Assembly (NCBI GenBank): GCA_041650995.1
Contig: JBAZJZ010000003.1
Location: 22,662-86,661 of the forward strand
Reading direction: 5' to 3'
Length of the DNA: 64,000 nucleotides
Source of the DNA: Patescibacteria group bacterium
Lineage (GTDB): Bacteria > Patescibacteriota > Patescibacteriia > XYB2-FULL-38-15
Shown: piece after piece, positions 19,065 to 28,600 of the stretch
Numbering within the stretch: position 1 is the stretch's first letter
Layout of the letters: each line of letters opens with the position of its first letter
The notes under the pieces: generated by a model
What the model was told of the DNA's origin: nothing
What the model saw: the letters and a program-made list of their open reading frames with translations, nothing else
The model's database searches: none
Made by a program: the position numbers and the translations under genes

Positions 19065-19307
19065 ATGAACGCACAACAAATCTATATCGCGATGGCCATC
19101 GTAGCCTTAGCCATTATCGCGGGTTTGATGTTTTTTGTTAAAAAGGGAAATCATCAATATAAACTATCTCCGTTTGCTGCTTTAGCGTTTGCATTTGTTC
19201 TCGCAGGAATTGTTTTTGGGGAAAGCAGATTAGTTGGTTATGGTTTAATGGGAATTGGTGTGCTGCTCGCCGTAATTGATATGGTTCAGAAAATGAGAAA
19301 GAAATAG
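19065..19307 (+). CDS. Small membrane protein (80 aa, 2-3 TM)
   Basis: Hydrophobic throughout. ATG start. Confidence 0.4.
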   Translation: MNAQQIYIAMAIVALAIIAGLMFFVKKGNHQYKLSPFAALAFAFVLAGIVFGESRLVGYGLMGIGVLLAVIDMVQKMRKK

Positions 19308-19416
19308 GATTTAAGAAAACAATAAGCCCAAAAAAATCACCTGCCGAGGAGGCGGTTTTTGTTATCCCTTGACCTTGTATAGTTTTTTTTCGCGCGGCGA
19401 GGTAAAATGAAATAAC

Positions 19417-20610
19417 ATGAAAAGAATAATTTTAATTATTTTAGCAATATTGGTTCTTAGTCTTGGCACTTGGTTTGCGGTGTATGGGCTGTCTTCGTAT
19501 CGGGCACAATCGGCGGAACGGGAAAAAACAGAATTTTTAAATAAAGAAATTGAGCAGCTTCTTGATTCACGCCGTGATGGAACAGAAAAAAGCGAACCGG
19601 CCGATCCGTTTGGCGAAGATGGTGTGGCGCGCGTTCTTTTGATCGGGCTTGACCGGAGAACGGGGGATGATAAAGGTCACTGCGACGCGATCCAGCTTAT
19701 TACAATTGATAAAAAAAATCAGAAAGTTTCTATTACTGCCGTGCCGCGCGGAACTTATTCGCCATTGCCGCCGGGCGAGAAACATTTGCCGACGGATTAT
19801 TATGTGTCAAAGGCATGCGAGGTGGGCGGCCTTGAGTATGGTCTCGCGCAAATACAAAAAATTCTCGGGACAAAAGCTGACTATCTTGTCGTCGTTGGAT
19901 TTTCTGAAGCGCTCGGCATTTTTAGAAATCTCGGTCTTCCGACCACGGAGACGCTCCAATGGCTTCGGCAGCGCCAGGGTTATGCTATCGGCGAGCCGCA
20001 GCGGGCGCACAACCATTCCACGTTTATAAAACAGATGATGATCCGGTTTATCCCCAAGAGAAATTCAACCATGAACACGGCGTTAGAATATATTATGTAT
20101 AAGATAGTAAGGACTGATTTAACTTTTGCCGAGACGCAGGCATTAGTTGACACACTTTCCTCCATGGATTTGGAAAAGAATACGGAACGCGTAAGCCTCC
20201 TGATGAAGCCGGCGTATGTTGTGCAGGATATTCCTTACGCGGAGGAATACATTGGCGAATATATTGATAAAATGGTTAAGCCGATTAAAGATCTTCTTCC
20301 GGGGGGCGATTATTCCGGACTGACCGAAGAGGAAGTGCAAACAAAACTTCTGGAAATAATTGATGAAAAGAAAAATGACCCAGAGTTTGTTTCTTGGTCT
20401 TTTGAAAATAATCTTTGGCTTCAGATAGAGGATAAAGAAAAAAGATTAGCAACGCAATATGACCTTCTTGGATTGTATTTGCCGTCCCTTTCCGAAAAAT
20501 CAGAGCGCGAAAGTATTTTAGCCGATTATATTTTGGAAATGGAAAATTATGGTGAAGAAGAGTGGGCAAAGAAGGGTAAAGATCTGCTCGCAAAAGAGCT
20601 CGGCCAATAA
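19417..20610 (+). CDS. LytR-CpsA-Psr (LCP) family protein
   Basis: N-terminal TM, then VARVLLIGLDRR...HCDAIQLITID...VSITAVPRGT, matching the LCP core (R.D...SIPRD). Confidence 0.55.
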   Translation: MKRIILIILAILVLSLGTWFAVYGLSSYRAQSAEREKTEFLNKEIEQLLDSRRDGTEKSEPADPFGEDGVARVLLIGLDRRTGDDKGHCDAIQLITIDKKNQKVSITAVPRGTYSPLPPGEKHLPTDYYVSKACEVGGLEYGLAQIQKILGTKADYLVVVGFSEALGIFRNLGLPTTETLQWLRQRQGYAIGEPQRAHNHSTFIKQMMIRFIPKRNSTMNTALEYIMYKIVRTDLTFAETQALVDTLSSMDLEKNTERVSLLMKPAYVVQDIPYAEEYIGEYIDKMVKPIKDLLPGGDYSGLTEEEVQTKLLEIIDEKKNDPEFVSWSFENNLWLQIEDKEKRLATQYDLLGLYLPSLSEKSERESILADYILEMENYGEEEWAKKGKDLLAKELGQ

Positions 20611-20666
20611 CATTTTCCTCTTGGCATTTTAATTGATAGTTTGTATCAAAAAGGGATTTTTTTGAT

Positions 20667-20692
20667 TTATTTTAAGCGACGAAAGTCGTTTT
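20667..20692 (+). terminator. Hairpin terminator after the LCP gene
   Basis: GCGACgaaaGTCGT followed by TTTTAG. Confidence 0.4.
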
Positions 20693-20713
20693 TAGTTTTC
20701 TAAAATTTTATCT

Positions 20714-20748
20714 TGACAAGAATTTTTTTCAATGATAATTTATTGATA
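20714..20748 (+). promoter_or_regulatory. Sigma70-like promoter (TTGACA-16 nt-ATAATT)
   Basis: Consensus -35 at 20714-20719, ATAATT after a 16-nt spacer, upstream of the Cys-rich peptide gene. Confidence 0.4.
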
Positions 20749-20808
20749 TTGTGTTTATGGCGTAAAGTGGGGGAAAGCTCAAGCCGAGGGAAGGAGAGGG
20801 AAGAAAGA

Positions 20809-21072
20809 ATGACGACAAGAACGATTCTCGCTGAGGCCAAGCCGTTGGGGCATCCTTGCGGCCATTGCCGCACTCGCGGAACGTGCGGTTGTGACGTCTG
20901 TGTTCAAGGAGGCGGAGTTTGCGGGGAGTGCGGCGGACTCCGCTACTTCGTTCCTCCAACCACCATTTCCATGGATGAGTTCGATCCTCCACGAGAGGAG
21001 CCTCTTGCCAGAGTGGTCCTCGCCCGGCGGCCGAAGAAGCCACCGTTCGGGAGGAGGGTGGCTCGTCGCTAA
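20809..21072 (+). CDS. Cys-rich small protein (87 aa; 8 Cys in CGHCRTRGTCGCDVCVQGGGVCGECGG)
   Basis: RBS-like GGAAGGAGAGGGAAG before the ATG. Very GC-rich codons. Confidence 0.4.
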   Translation: MTTRTILAEAKPLGHPCGHCRTRGTCGCDVCVQGGGVCGECGGLRYFVPPTTISMDEFDPPREEPLARVVLARRPKKPPFGRRVARR

Positions 21073-21217
21073 TCAGCGCTTGATGCCGCGATCGCGGTAA
21101 GCGCAGCGCTTAAAGTCGTTTGGAGGAAATCGAAAAGTCCGAAGGGAAACAGACAAAAATTGTCGTGTCGCGCTCTGGTGCTTGCATCAGGGCGTTTTTT
21201 TATTTTTAATTTATAAA

Positions 21218-21249
21218 AAAACCGCAAGACAGGTGTCTCGCGGCGGACT
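21218..21249 (-). terminator. Rho-independent terminator (minus strand)
   Basis: Minus-strand hairpin CCGCGAGACAcctGTCTTGCGG followed by TTTTTTTAT. Confidence 0.4.
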
Positions 21250-21329
21250 CTCCTTAATCCCCGTTTTATCTCTCAAGCGGGTTTGCCCTGACTCAAGTGG
21301 TTTCTAGGATTTCTTCTTGAGAAATCCTC

Positions 21330-21575
21330 TTATTTTGGATGGCGCAGGTTGTCCTTCCCGCAAAAGGGGCAATGAGTGACGTTTTCCAGGTAGCCAGACT
21401 GGCCGCCGTCTTCCCGCTTGCTCTCTTCGTAGCCGCAATGCGGACAGACGAGACAGTATTCGTCGACGATACATTGATAGTTGGCGAAATGGCGCTCGGA
21501 ATTCACGTCGCCGACGTAAAGACACTTGCAGTCTTTATGGCACTTCGGACACTTTGGTTTCGTTTCGACCATCAT
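21330..21575 (-). CDS. Double zinc-ribbon small protein (81 aa)
   Basis: CPKC...CKC, CPHC...CPFC pairs. Co-oriented and 15 nt downstream of the 101-aa ORF. Confidence 0.45.
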   Translation of the reverse strand: MMVETKPKCPKCHKDCKCLYVGDVNSERHFANYQCIVDEYCLVCPHCGYEESKREDGGQSGYLENVTHCPFCGKDNLRHPK

Positions 21576-21592
21576 TTTCCCTCCTTTTTCTA

Positions 21593-21895
21593 TCTCTTGC
21601 CCTTGGGGTAAATGTAGCCCCGGTTGCCGTTCGGCAGGACGAAAGAGACTGTTCCGTCGTCCGTTTTTTTGATTAGCAGGTTTTTTCCCAGAGTGAAGTT
21701 TGAGTTGGGAAGATTTTTCCAGGGTCCGCGTTCGGCCGCGAATTGGCGGGCGAAATTCGCGAGCGTGAAGTGGACGAGAATGCCTTCCGGAAAAACCTGC
21801 GTGATGGTTCCCCGGAAAGTGAATCCGTCAGTCTGACAGGTTATCATCACCCGGCCGCAAAGGCCACTTCGGTCAATCAGTTCTCCGAGTGTCAT
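21593..21895 (-). CDS. Hypothetical protein (101 aa)
   Basis: Strong RBS AAGGAGG 5 nt before the ATG at 21895. The track ORF extends to 21943. Confidence 0.4.
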
Positions 21896-21929
21896 TGGTT
21901 CCTCCTTTACCAAAAGGCCCTTGATCAAT

Positions 21930-21966
21930 ATATTTAAGTTCAAATTTTTTAAAATGTCAAGGGATC
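21930..21966 (-). promoter_or_regulatory. Sigma70-like promoter (minus strand) TTGACA-17 nt-TTAAAT
   Basis: The reverse complement reads cccTTGACAttttaaaaaatttgaacTTAAAT, just upstream of the 101-aa ORF. Confidence 0.4.
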
Positions 21967-22065
21967 GCGTCCGGCGCGCTATTTCGTGATATAATAAAAA
22001 CGTTGTTACCTTTTAAATTTTAAAACGTAGATAAGAATAGAAGCTTCTTTAATTCCGGAATTAAT

Positions 22066-22632
22066 ATGGATCCAAACCAAGAAAAACAAATCATTAAAGC
22101 CTGCCAAGCCGGAAATTTTGAGGGTTTTGGTGAGCTCTACGAAGTGTACGTTAAAAAAATATACAGCTTTGTTTTTTACAAAACATATCATAAAGAAACG
22201 GCCGAAGATATTGTCTCGATAGTTTTTATGAAAGCTCTGGAAAATATCGGCTCCTATAAACCCGGCCGCGGGAGTTTTTCCGCCTGGCTTTACGGCATCG
22301 CTCGCCACGCCGTGGTTGATCATTTTCGTGCTGTCCGCCCGAGCGTTAACATTGAAGACGTTTGGGATTTGGCTGATGAGCAAAATTTAGAAATAGATCT
22401 TGACGCACGGGAAAAACTCAATGAAGTAAAAAAATATTTGGCAAAATTCAAGCCAACGCACCGCGAAATTATAATGATGCGTCTTTGGCAGGGATTGTCT
22501 TATCGGGAGATTTCAGAAATTATCGGATTCTCCGAGGCAAATTGCAAAATGATTTTTTCTCGCGAGATGGCAAAGCTTCGGGAGGAAATGGGAATAGTCG
22601 CGTTTTTACTTTTTATGTTTTTAAATATTTAA
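22066..22632 (+). CDS. ECF-type RNA polymerase sigma factor (sigma-70 regions 2 and 4)
   Basis: Region 2 (FSAWLYGIARHAVVDHFR) and region 4 HTH (LSYREISEIIGFSEANCKM). Extended -10 TGATATAAT upstream at about 21985-21993. Confidence 0.8.
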   Translation: MDPNQEKQIIKACQAGNFEGFGELYEVYVKKIYSFVFYKTYHKETAEDIVSIVFMKALENIGSYKPGRGSFSAWLYGIARHAVVDHFRAVRPSVNIEDVWDLADEQNLEIDLDAREKLNEVKKYLAKFKPTHREIIMMRLWQGLSYREISEIIGFSEANCKMIFSREMAKLREEMGIVAFLLFMFLNI

Positions 22633-22645
22633 TCTTAAAAAATAT

Positions 22646-24283
22646 ATGGAAAACTTAATCAAAGAAATAATGGACGAGTTATTTGCCATTGACCCGAGTT
22701 TGAAAAAATATCAAAAAGAATTGGAGGCGGCTACGGCTAAAATGATAGCCAACAAACCCGATGATAGGTTTGATGAAAATTTTCGGCAGGAATTGAAAAT
22801 GAAATTGCTCGCGCGGGCTGAAGAATTGGAAAAAGGAGAAAAAGTAAAATTTTCATTTTGGCGAAGTTTAAAATTTTGGCGGGGTTTTTCTTTGGCCGCG
22901 GTCGTGGCAGCGCTTGCCTTAATTGTCGTAATACCCGCGATTCAAAACGGTCAGTTTAGTTTATTTAATTTTAAAAGCGGCAGTCCGCTGTCTTTAATTT
23001 CCGGGACAATGAATATTGAAGAGGCGGGTGAGCGAGCTTTTGGCGATCTTGCTTCTTCCAGCCAGGCTTTAACTAATTTAGAATTAGGAGATTCATCAGA
23101 CGCTTATTATAGCGCGCCCACGCCCGCCGCCGCGCCGAAAACACAGTCTTCAACTTCGCGCGAAGAAATTCTCGCGCGTGAAGTTTCGGGGCTTGGTGGA
23201 GGTAGCGGAACGAACGCCGCCGCGCCGGACGTAAAAATGTTGCCACCCGAGTACGCGACAAAATATAATTATGTTTACATTGGCGAAGATTTTTCTTTCA
23301 CGGAAGAGAGTGTGGCCGTCTTAAAACGTCTTAAAAGTTATGGCAGTGAAAATCTCAGTTCGGTTTTAAACAATTTAAGCTTTGGACTTTTTGACGCGAG
23401 CAAATTAAGAAATGTTAAAGTTCAATCAATGTCTATTGCCGAGGATCGCGACGGGGGATACGTGGTAGATTTTAATCCTTATGAGGGCACGATTTCTTTT
23501 TACGAAAATTGGCAAAAAATAATGCCGGTTAATTATGAAACCCAGCCGCGACTTCGAGAGTCTGATGTTCCGACAGACGAAAAATTAATTGAGACAGCCA
23601 ATGATTTTTTGTCGCGCTTTGGAATTGACCGCGGAAATTATGGCACGCCAATTGTCGGCCAAAGCTGGAAATTGGGTTATGCCAATGTCCGGGACGAAGA
23701 TATTTGGATTCCTGACACGATGACCGTGCAATATCCGTTGCTCTTGGGCGGGAAGGAAGCTTGGGAGCAGGGCGGTTACGACCGAGCCGGATTTTCCGTT
23801 AACGTAAATATCAGAACAATGAAAGTCACGGGTCTTTACGGACTTACAACACAAAATTATCAAAGTTCAAATTACGCCGCGGAAACTGATAAAAATCGTC
23901 TCTTAAAATTCGCGCTGCAGGGAGATCTTTGGCCGCAGCCAACATATCCGGAAGAAAATTTTAAAGTGAAAGAAGTGGAAATAAAACTTGGCACGCCGAG
24001 CGTGCAATATATGAGATATTGGAAATATGAAGGAAATCAAAGCAGCGAACTTTTTCTTCCGGCTTTGGTTTTCCCGGTAATTGACAAGAGCCAGGCTGAC
24101 GAATATTTTACAAAAAAAGTGGTGGTAGTTCCGCTCGTTCGGGAAATTTTGGATAGCGCGGAAAGAGAAAACACCATTACGCCACCAGCAATTTTAGAAT
24201 ATAGAAAAGACATGGGGTCATCTTCATCTCAGATTTTAACTCCTACTCAGGAGCCCTTGCCGCCAGAGAAGGTTCAGAATTAA
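22646..24283 (+). CDS. Putative anti-sigma factor / membrane-anchored extracytoplasmic protein
   Basis: Immediately downstream of the ECF sigma gene. Short cytoplasmic N-terminus, a single TM (AAVVAALALIVVIPAI), and a large extracytoplasmic domain. Confidence 0.4.
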   Translation: MENLIKEIMDELFAIDPSLKKYQKELEAATAKMIANKPDDRFDENFRQELKMKLLARAEELEKGEKVKFSFWRSLKFWRGFSLAAVVAALALIVVIPAIQNGQFSLFNFKSGSPLSLISGTMNIEEAGERAFGDLASSSQALTNLELGDSSDAYYSAPTPAAAPKTQSSTSREEILAREVSGLGGGSGTNAAAPDVKMLPPEYATKYNYVYIGEDFSFTEESVAVLKRLKSYGSENLSSVLNNLSFGLFDASKLRNVKVQSMSIAEDRDGGYVVDFNPYEGTISFYENWQKIMPVNYETQPRLRESDVPTDEKLIETANDFLSRFGIDRGNYGTPIVGQSWKLGYANVRDEDIWIPDTMTVQYPLLLGGKEAWEQGGYDRAGFSVNVNIRTMKVTGLYGLTTQNYQSSNYAAETDKNRLLKFALQGDLWPQPTYPEENFKVKEVEIKLGTPSVQYMRYWKYEGNQSSELFLPALVFPVIDKSQADEYFTKKVVVVPLVREILDSAERENTITPPAILEYRKDMGSSSSQILTPTQEPLPPEKVQN

Positions 24284-24303
24284 AAATTAAAAAAGAAAAA
24301 TAT

Positions 24304-24336
24304 AGGCGCGGGGCCCCAACCCCGCGCTTTATTATT
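24304..24336 (+). terminator. Rho-independent terminator
   Basis: GCGCGGGGccccaaCCCCGCGC followed by TTTATTATTT. Confidence 0.6.
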
Positions 24337-24427
24337 TAGATAAACTCCAGCCCCAATTTTGCAACTAATTTAGTTTTGTAGATAATTTTTTTTGCCAAGG
24401 ACGGATCTAAAATTTAAATAAATAAAA

Positions 24428-24456
24428 AAAGAGGGACGCGCGGGGCGATCCCTCTG
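24428..24456 (-). terminator. Rho-independent terminator (minus strand) ending the three-paralog operon
   Basis: The minus strand reads AGAGGGAtcgccccgcgcgTCCCTCT followed by TTTTTTTA. Confidence 0.5.
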
Positions 24457-24483
24457 GAGCGGTTTCACGCTCGGTTGTCGGGA

Positions 24484-24816
24484 TTAGTTTGTCTCTTCCG
24501 GCTGGCAGGCGCCAAGCGGCGTGCCGAAGAGCTTCGTGGCGAACGGCCCGGCCGCGATGATGCTTCGCTGCCTCTTCTCGGCATGGCTCTGGAGAGCCGT
24601 CTCGAGATGAGCCTTGAGGCCGATCTGTTCGTCCGCGGAGACTTGCATCACCGCGGCCAGACTGGCCAAAGCGCCAAGGCAGATCTCCCTGTCTGCCGGC
24701 AGCAGGTCTGTCGTGCCCATCATGATGTCGCCCTTCGCGATGGAAAAGAAGCAGCTCTGGCCGTCTTTTGTGAAAGTGATGACCAGGCTGTGCACCATGA
24801 GTTTGAAAGCACCCAT
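24484..24816 (-). CDS. Small Cys-containing protein, paralog A (110 aa), unknown family
   Basis: RBS GGAAGGAGG 6 nt upstream. Shares KLM..., ...CF(F/L)...KG(D/E)I... and (E/R)(I/T)C(L/F)..L..LA(A/V) blocks with the two ORFs upstream. Confidence 0.5.
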   Translation of the reverse strand: MGAFKLMVHSLVITFTKDGQSCFFSIAKGDIMMGTTDLLPADREICLGALASLAAVMQVSADEQIGLKAHLETALQSHAEKRQRSIIAAGPFATKLFGTPLGACQPEETN

Positions 24817-24845
24817 CTTTCCTCCTTCCTTTTCGCGAGTAGTTG

Positions 24846-25175
24846 CTAGTTCAACTGCTGCGCGGCCTCGGTGCGCAGGATGTCGTTGATGATCTTTTCC
24901 GTGAAGAAGTCGCGTCCGACAGCGACCATCGGTCGCGTAGCTCTCTCGTACTCATCGAAAGCCGCGTTCAGTTGGTCCTTGAGCTTGGCGCATTCGGGCT
25001 CTGGGATTTGCTCCAGGTAAGCCACGAACTTTAGGGCCGCAAGGCAGGATCTCCTGGTCGGCCACATGAAAGGAACAGCCGCGAGCTCGACCCTATCCTT
25101 CAGGATGGCGAACGAGCCGTAACAGCAGCCGACGCCGAAGTTGAATTCCAAGGTGTAGGTTGCCTTGTTCTTCAT
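24846..25175 (-). CDS. Small Cys-containing protein, paralog B (109 aa)
   Basis: RBS GGAGGG upstream. Same architecture, more divergent (GCCYGSFAIL...RRSCLAALKFVAYL). Confidence 0.45.
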   Translation of the reverse strand: MKNKATYTLEFNFGVGCCYGSFAILKDRVELAAVPFMWPTRRSCLAALKFVAYLEQIPEPECAKLKDQLNAAFDEYERATRPMVAVGRDFFTEKIINDILRTEAAQQLN

Positions 25176-25244
25176 TTTTTAACCCTCCCTCTTTGGTCCG
25201 TCCGAGCCTTTCGCGCGGGCGGCCTGATTCCAAGAACCCAAACT

Positions 25245-25499
25245 TTACGGTTGACGTGTCTCGGCGTCGTGTTTTCGGAAAGCTTCCTCCAGCTGTGCAC
25301 GGAGATTATTCTGCTCCTCCTCCGGGACACCGTTTGACACAGCCAGGTTTTCCAGGACGCGAAAGCAGGTTTCCTGGTCTGCTTTGACCGGCGGCGCGAT
25401 CGCAACCAAGATCTCGCCTTTCTGAACGATGAGAAAGCACGTCGAGTCGCCGTTCATCCAACTCACCGCCAAGGCATACCTCATGAGCTTTGCATCCAT
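25245..25499 (-). CDS. Small Cys-containing protein, paralog C (about 84 aa)
   Basis: ATG at 25499 with GGAGGG 9 nt upstream (the track start 25517 is TTG). KLMRYALAVSW...STCFLIVQKGEIL...ETCFRVLENLAV aligns with paralog A. Confidence 0.45.
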   Translation of the reverse strand: MDAKLMRYALAVSWMNGDSTCFLIVQKGEILVAIAPPVKADQETCFRVLENLAVSNGVPEEEQNNLRAQLEEAFRKHDAETRQP

Positions 25500-25552
25500 T
25501 TTCCCCATTCCCTCCAACCCTCGCTCGTTTGAGAGTACATTATTTTATATCA

Positions 25553-25592
25553 TTTTTATCAGAGAATTGTCAAGAGGCAGGGGGTTTACTTT
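25553..25592 (-). promoter_or_regulatory. Sigma70-like promoter (minus strand) for the three-paralog operon
   Basis: The reverse complement reads cTTGACAattctctgataaaaaTGaTATAAA (-35 plus extended -10). Confidence 0.4.
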
Positions 25593-25646
25593 AAAGAGAT
25601 TTTCTGGGATAATTGGGGAAAGATTTGTTAATTTATTTTATAAAAT

Positions 25647-28600
25647 ATGAATGGTCAATTCGTGAAAGAATTTGTCTCCACAATTTCGGAAAAATATAAA
25701 ACCGGTCAGGCAAAAGAGATGGCCTATCGGCCGGCGCTTGAAAAACTATTTCAAGATATTACCGGCTTGAATGTGATAAACGACCCCAAGCGGAGCGAAT
25801 ACGGCGCGCCGGACTTTGTTTTTATAAAAGGTAAGATTGCCGCCGCTTATGCCGAAGCCAAAGACCTGGGTGTGTCGCTTGACGAAACGGAAAAGGGCGA
25901 GCAGATGGCACGTTATTTTGGTTATCCGAATTTAATTTTGACAAATTGTTTGGAGTTTAGGTTTTTTAGAAATGGAGAAAAATATGAAACCGTAAAAATT
26001 GCTGAAATAAAAAATAGCGAAATCGCGTCGGTTGAAGATAGTTTTAATCTTTTGGAAGATACACTCTTGGCATTTATCAAAGAAGCCAAAGAGCCGATTA
26101 AGTCCGGTGTTGTTCTCGCCAAAGTGATGGCCGGCCAGGCGCGGCGCATTCGCGACAATATCAAAAAATATTTAAAAGAGGGCGACGAAAAGAAAAATGA
26201 AAGTTTGATTGCCGTTTATAATACTATTAAAAAATTATTACTCGCCGATTTGGATCACGAAAAATTTGCCGATATGTACGCCCAGACAGTTGTCTACGGT
26301 TTATTCGCGGCTCGCTATCATGATAAAACGGCAGACACTTTTTCTCGTGGAGAGGCGCGCGATTTGGTGCCAAAATCCAACCCATTTTTACGTAAATTTT
26401 TTGACCACATTGCCGGAGAAGATTTTGACGAGCGCGTAGAGTTTATTGTCAATGAACTCTGCGAAGAATTTAAGCACGCCGATATTCAGGCGATCGTGCA
26501 TGATTATTACAAAGTGGAAAAGGACGACAGCCGCGACCCGATTGTTCATTTTTACGAAGATTTTTTGCAGGAGTATGATGCGGCCGAACGAAAAAAGATG
26601 GGAGTTTTTTATACCCCCTTGCCGGTGGTGTGTTTTATTGTTCGCGCGATTGATGATGTTTTGAAAAAAGAATTTGGTCTAAACGGTTTGGCTGATACTT
26701 CCAGAACGGAAATAAAAGGGTTGCAGGGAATGAAGGCAAAACAGTCGGTTCACAAAGTTCAAATACTTGATCCGGCGACCGGTACCGGCACATTTTTAAA
26801 CGAAGTGATTTTGCAAATTAAAAAATCATTTGTCGGACAAGAGGGCCGATGGTCAAGTTATGTTCGTGATGATTTACTGCCGCGGTTGCACGGATTTGAA
26901 ATAATGATGGCGCCGTACACCATCGCCCATCTTAAACTTTCCACGCTTTTGAAAGAAACTGGAGTGGATATAAAAGACGAACGTATAGAAATTTACCTCA
27001 CTAATTCTCTGGAAAAAGCGGATAAATATGATGATACGCTTTTTGCCGGTTTAGGTTTTGATAAAGCTATCACGGAAGAATCTCGTTTAGCCGGAAAAGT
27101 TAAAAATGATTTGCCAATAATGGTAGTGCTCGGCAATCCGCCGTACAATGTCAGCTCACAAAATAAAGGCGAATGGATCGGCGAGTTGATAAAAGATTAT
27201 AAAAAAGATCTGGATGAAAGGAATATACAACCTTTATCCGATGATTATATTAAATTTATCCGCTTCGCCCAATATCTTGTAGACAAAAATGGCGAGGGAA
27301 TTATTGGGATGATTACCAACAATTCTTACATTGACGGAATTACCCATCGCCAAATGCGTAAAAATCTTTTGGAAACTTTTGATAGTATTTATATTTTGGA
27401 TTTGCACGGCAATGCTAAGAAAAAAGAAACCGCGCCCGACGGCAGCGTTGATCAAAATGTATTTAGTATAATGCAAGGCGTGTCCATCGCGCTGTTTGTC
27501 AAAAAAGCAGGCAAGAAAAAATCACTCGGCACGGTTTATCACGCTGAATTATTTGGAAAGCAAAAAGACAAATACGAGGCGTTGAATAATTTTGATTTTG
27601 AAAAGATGAAATGGAATAAGATTGATTGCAAGGATCCGTATTACTTTTTTGTGCCAAAGGATTTTAGAGCAGAGGATGAGTATAAAGAGGGGATCAGCGT
27701 AACTAATTTATTTCAAAAATGGGCTTCGGGAGTTGCTACTGCGAAAGATGACCTGATAATAAAATTTTCAGTCGATGAGATCAAGGAGCTTCGCGCCAGT
27801 TTTAGTAGATATTCAGATCAAGAGATAGCGCAGAAATACCAAGTCGACCAGAAAAAGGTTGTTCAAGTCAGAAAGGATATGGATAACGTTATTGGCGAAT
27901 ACACCCCTATTTTATATCGACCATTTGACACAAGATATACCCTTTACTCTCCGAACAGTGAAGGCGTGTTTCAAAGACCAAGGCCAGAAATAATGAAGCA
28001 CTTGTTAAAAGACAATTTGGCAATTTTAACATGTAAACAACAGACTAGTTTTGATTTTCAGCATGTATTTTTGTCAGCGACAATTACAGATCGATGTGGT
28101 GTTTCATTACAAACCGGTGAAGTCGGATATGTTTTCCCTCTTTATCTTTATGCCGACGACGGATCAAAAATTCCGAATCTCAAAAAAGAAATTGTGGCTG
28201 AAATAGAAAAAATTGTCGGCAAGGTGACGCCGGAAAATGTTTTGGATTATATCTACGCCGTTTTGCACTCGCCGAGTTATCGCGAAAAATATAAAGAATT
28301 TTTGAAGATAGATTTTCCGCGGGTGCCGTATCCGAAAAATGAAAAGCGATTTTTCGCGTTGGCAAAATTGGGCGAGGAGTTGAGGCATCTGCATTTGTTG
28401 GAAAGTTCGAAGGTTGAAAAATTTATTACCACTTATCCCGAGGCAGGGGATAATTTGGTGGAAAAAGTTGTCTATAAAGATGGAAAAGTTTATATTAATG
28501 CTTCGCAATATTTCGGTGGCGTGCCGGAAATCGCCTGGAACTTTTCCATCGGCGGCTATCAGCCGGCGCAGAAATGGTTGAAAGATCGCAAAGGCCGCAA

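Noticed and set aside
20809-21072. Calling the 8-Cys small protein a RiPP precursor
   Set aside because: No cyclodehydratase, radical-SAM maturase, protease or transporter is adjacent, and no leader or GG motif was identified. It is kept only as a possibility.
25245-25517. Nif11/NHLP-type RiPP leader identity for the three paralogs
   Set aside because: No Gly-Gly cleavage motif, no Cys-rich C-terminal core and no maturase nearby. The similarity was only impressionistic.
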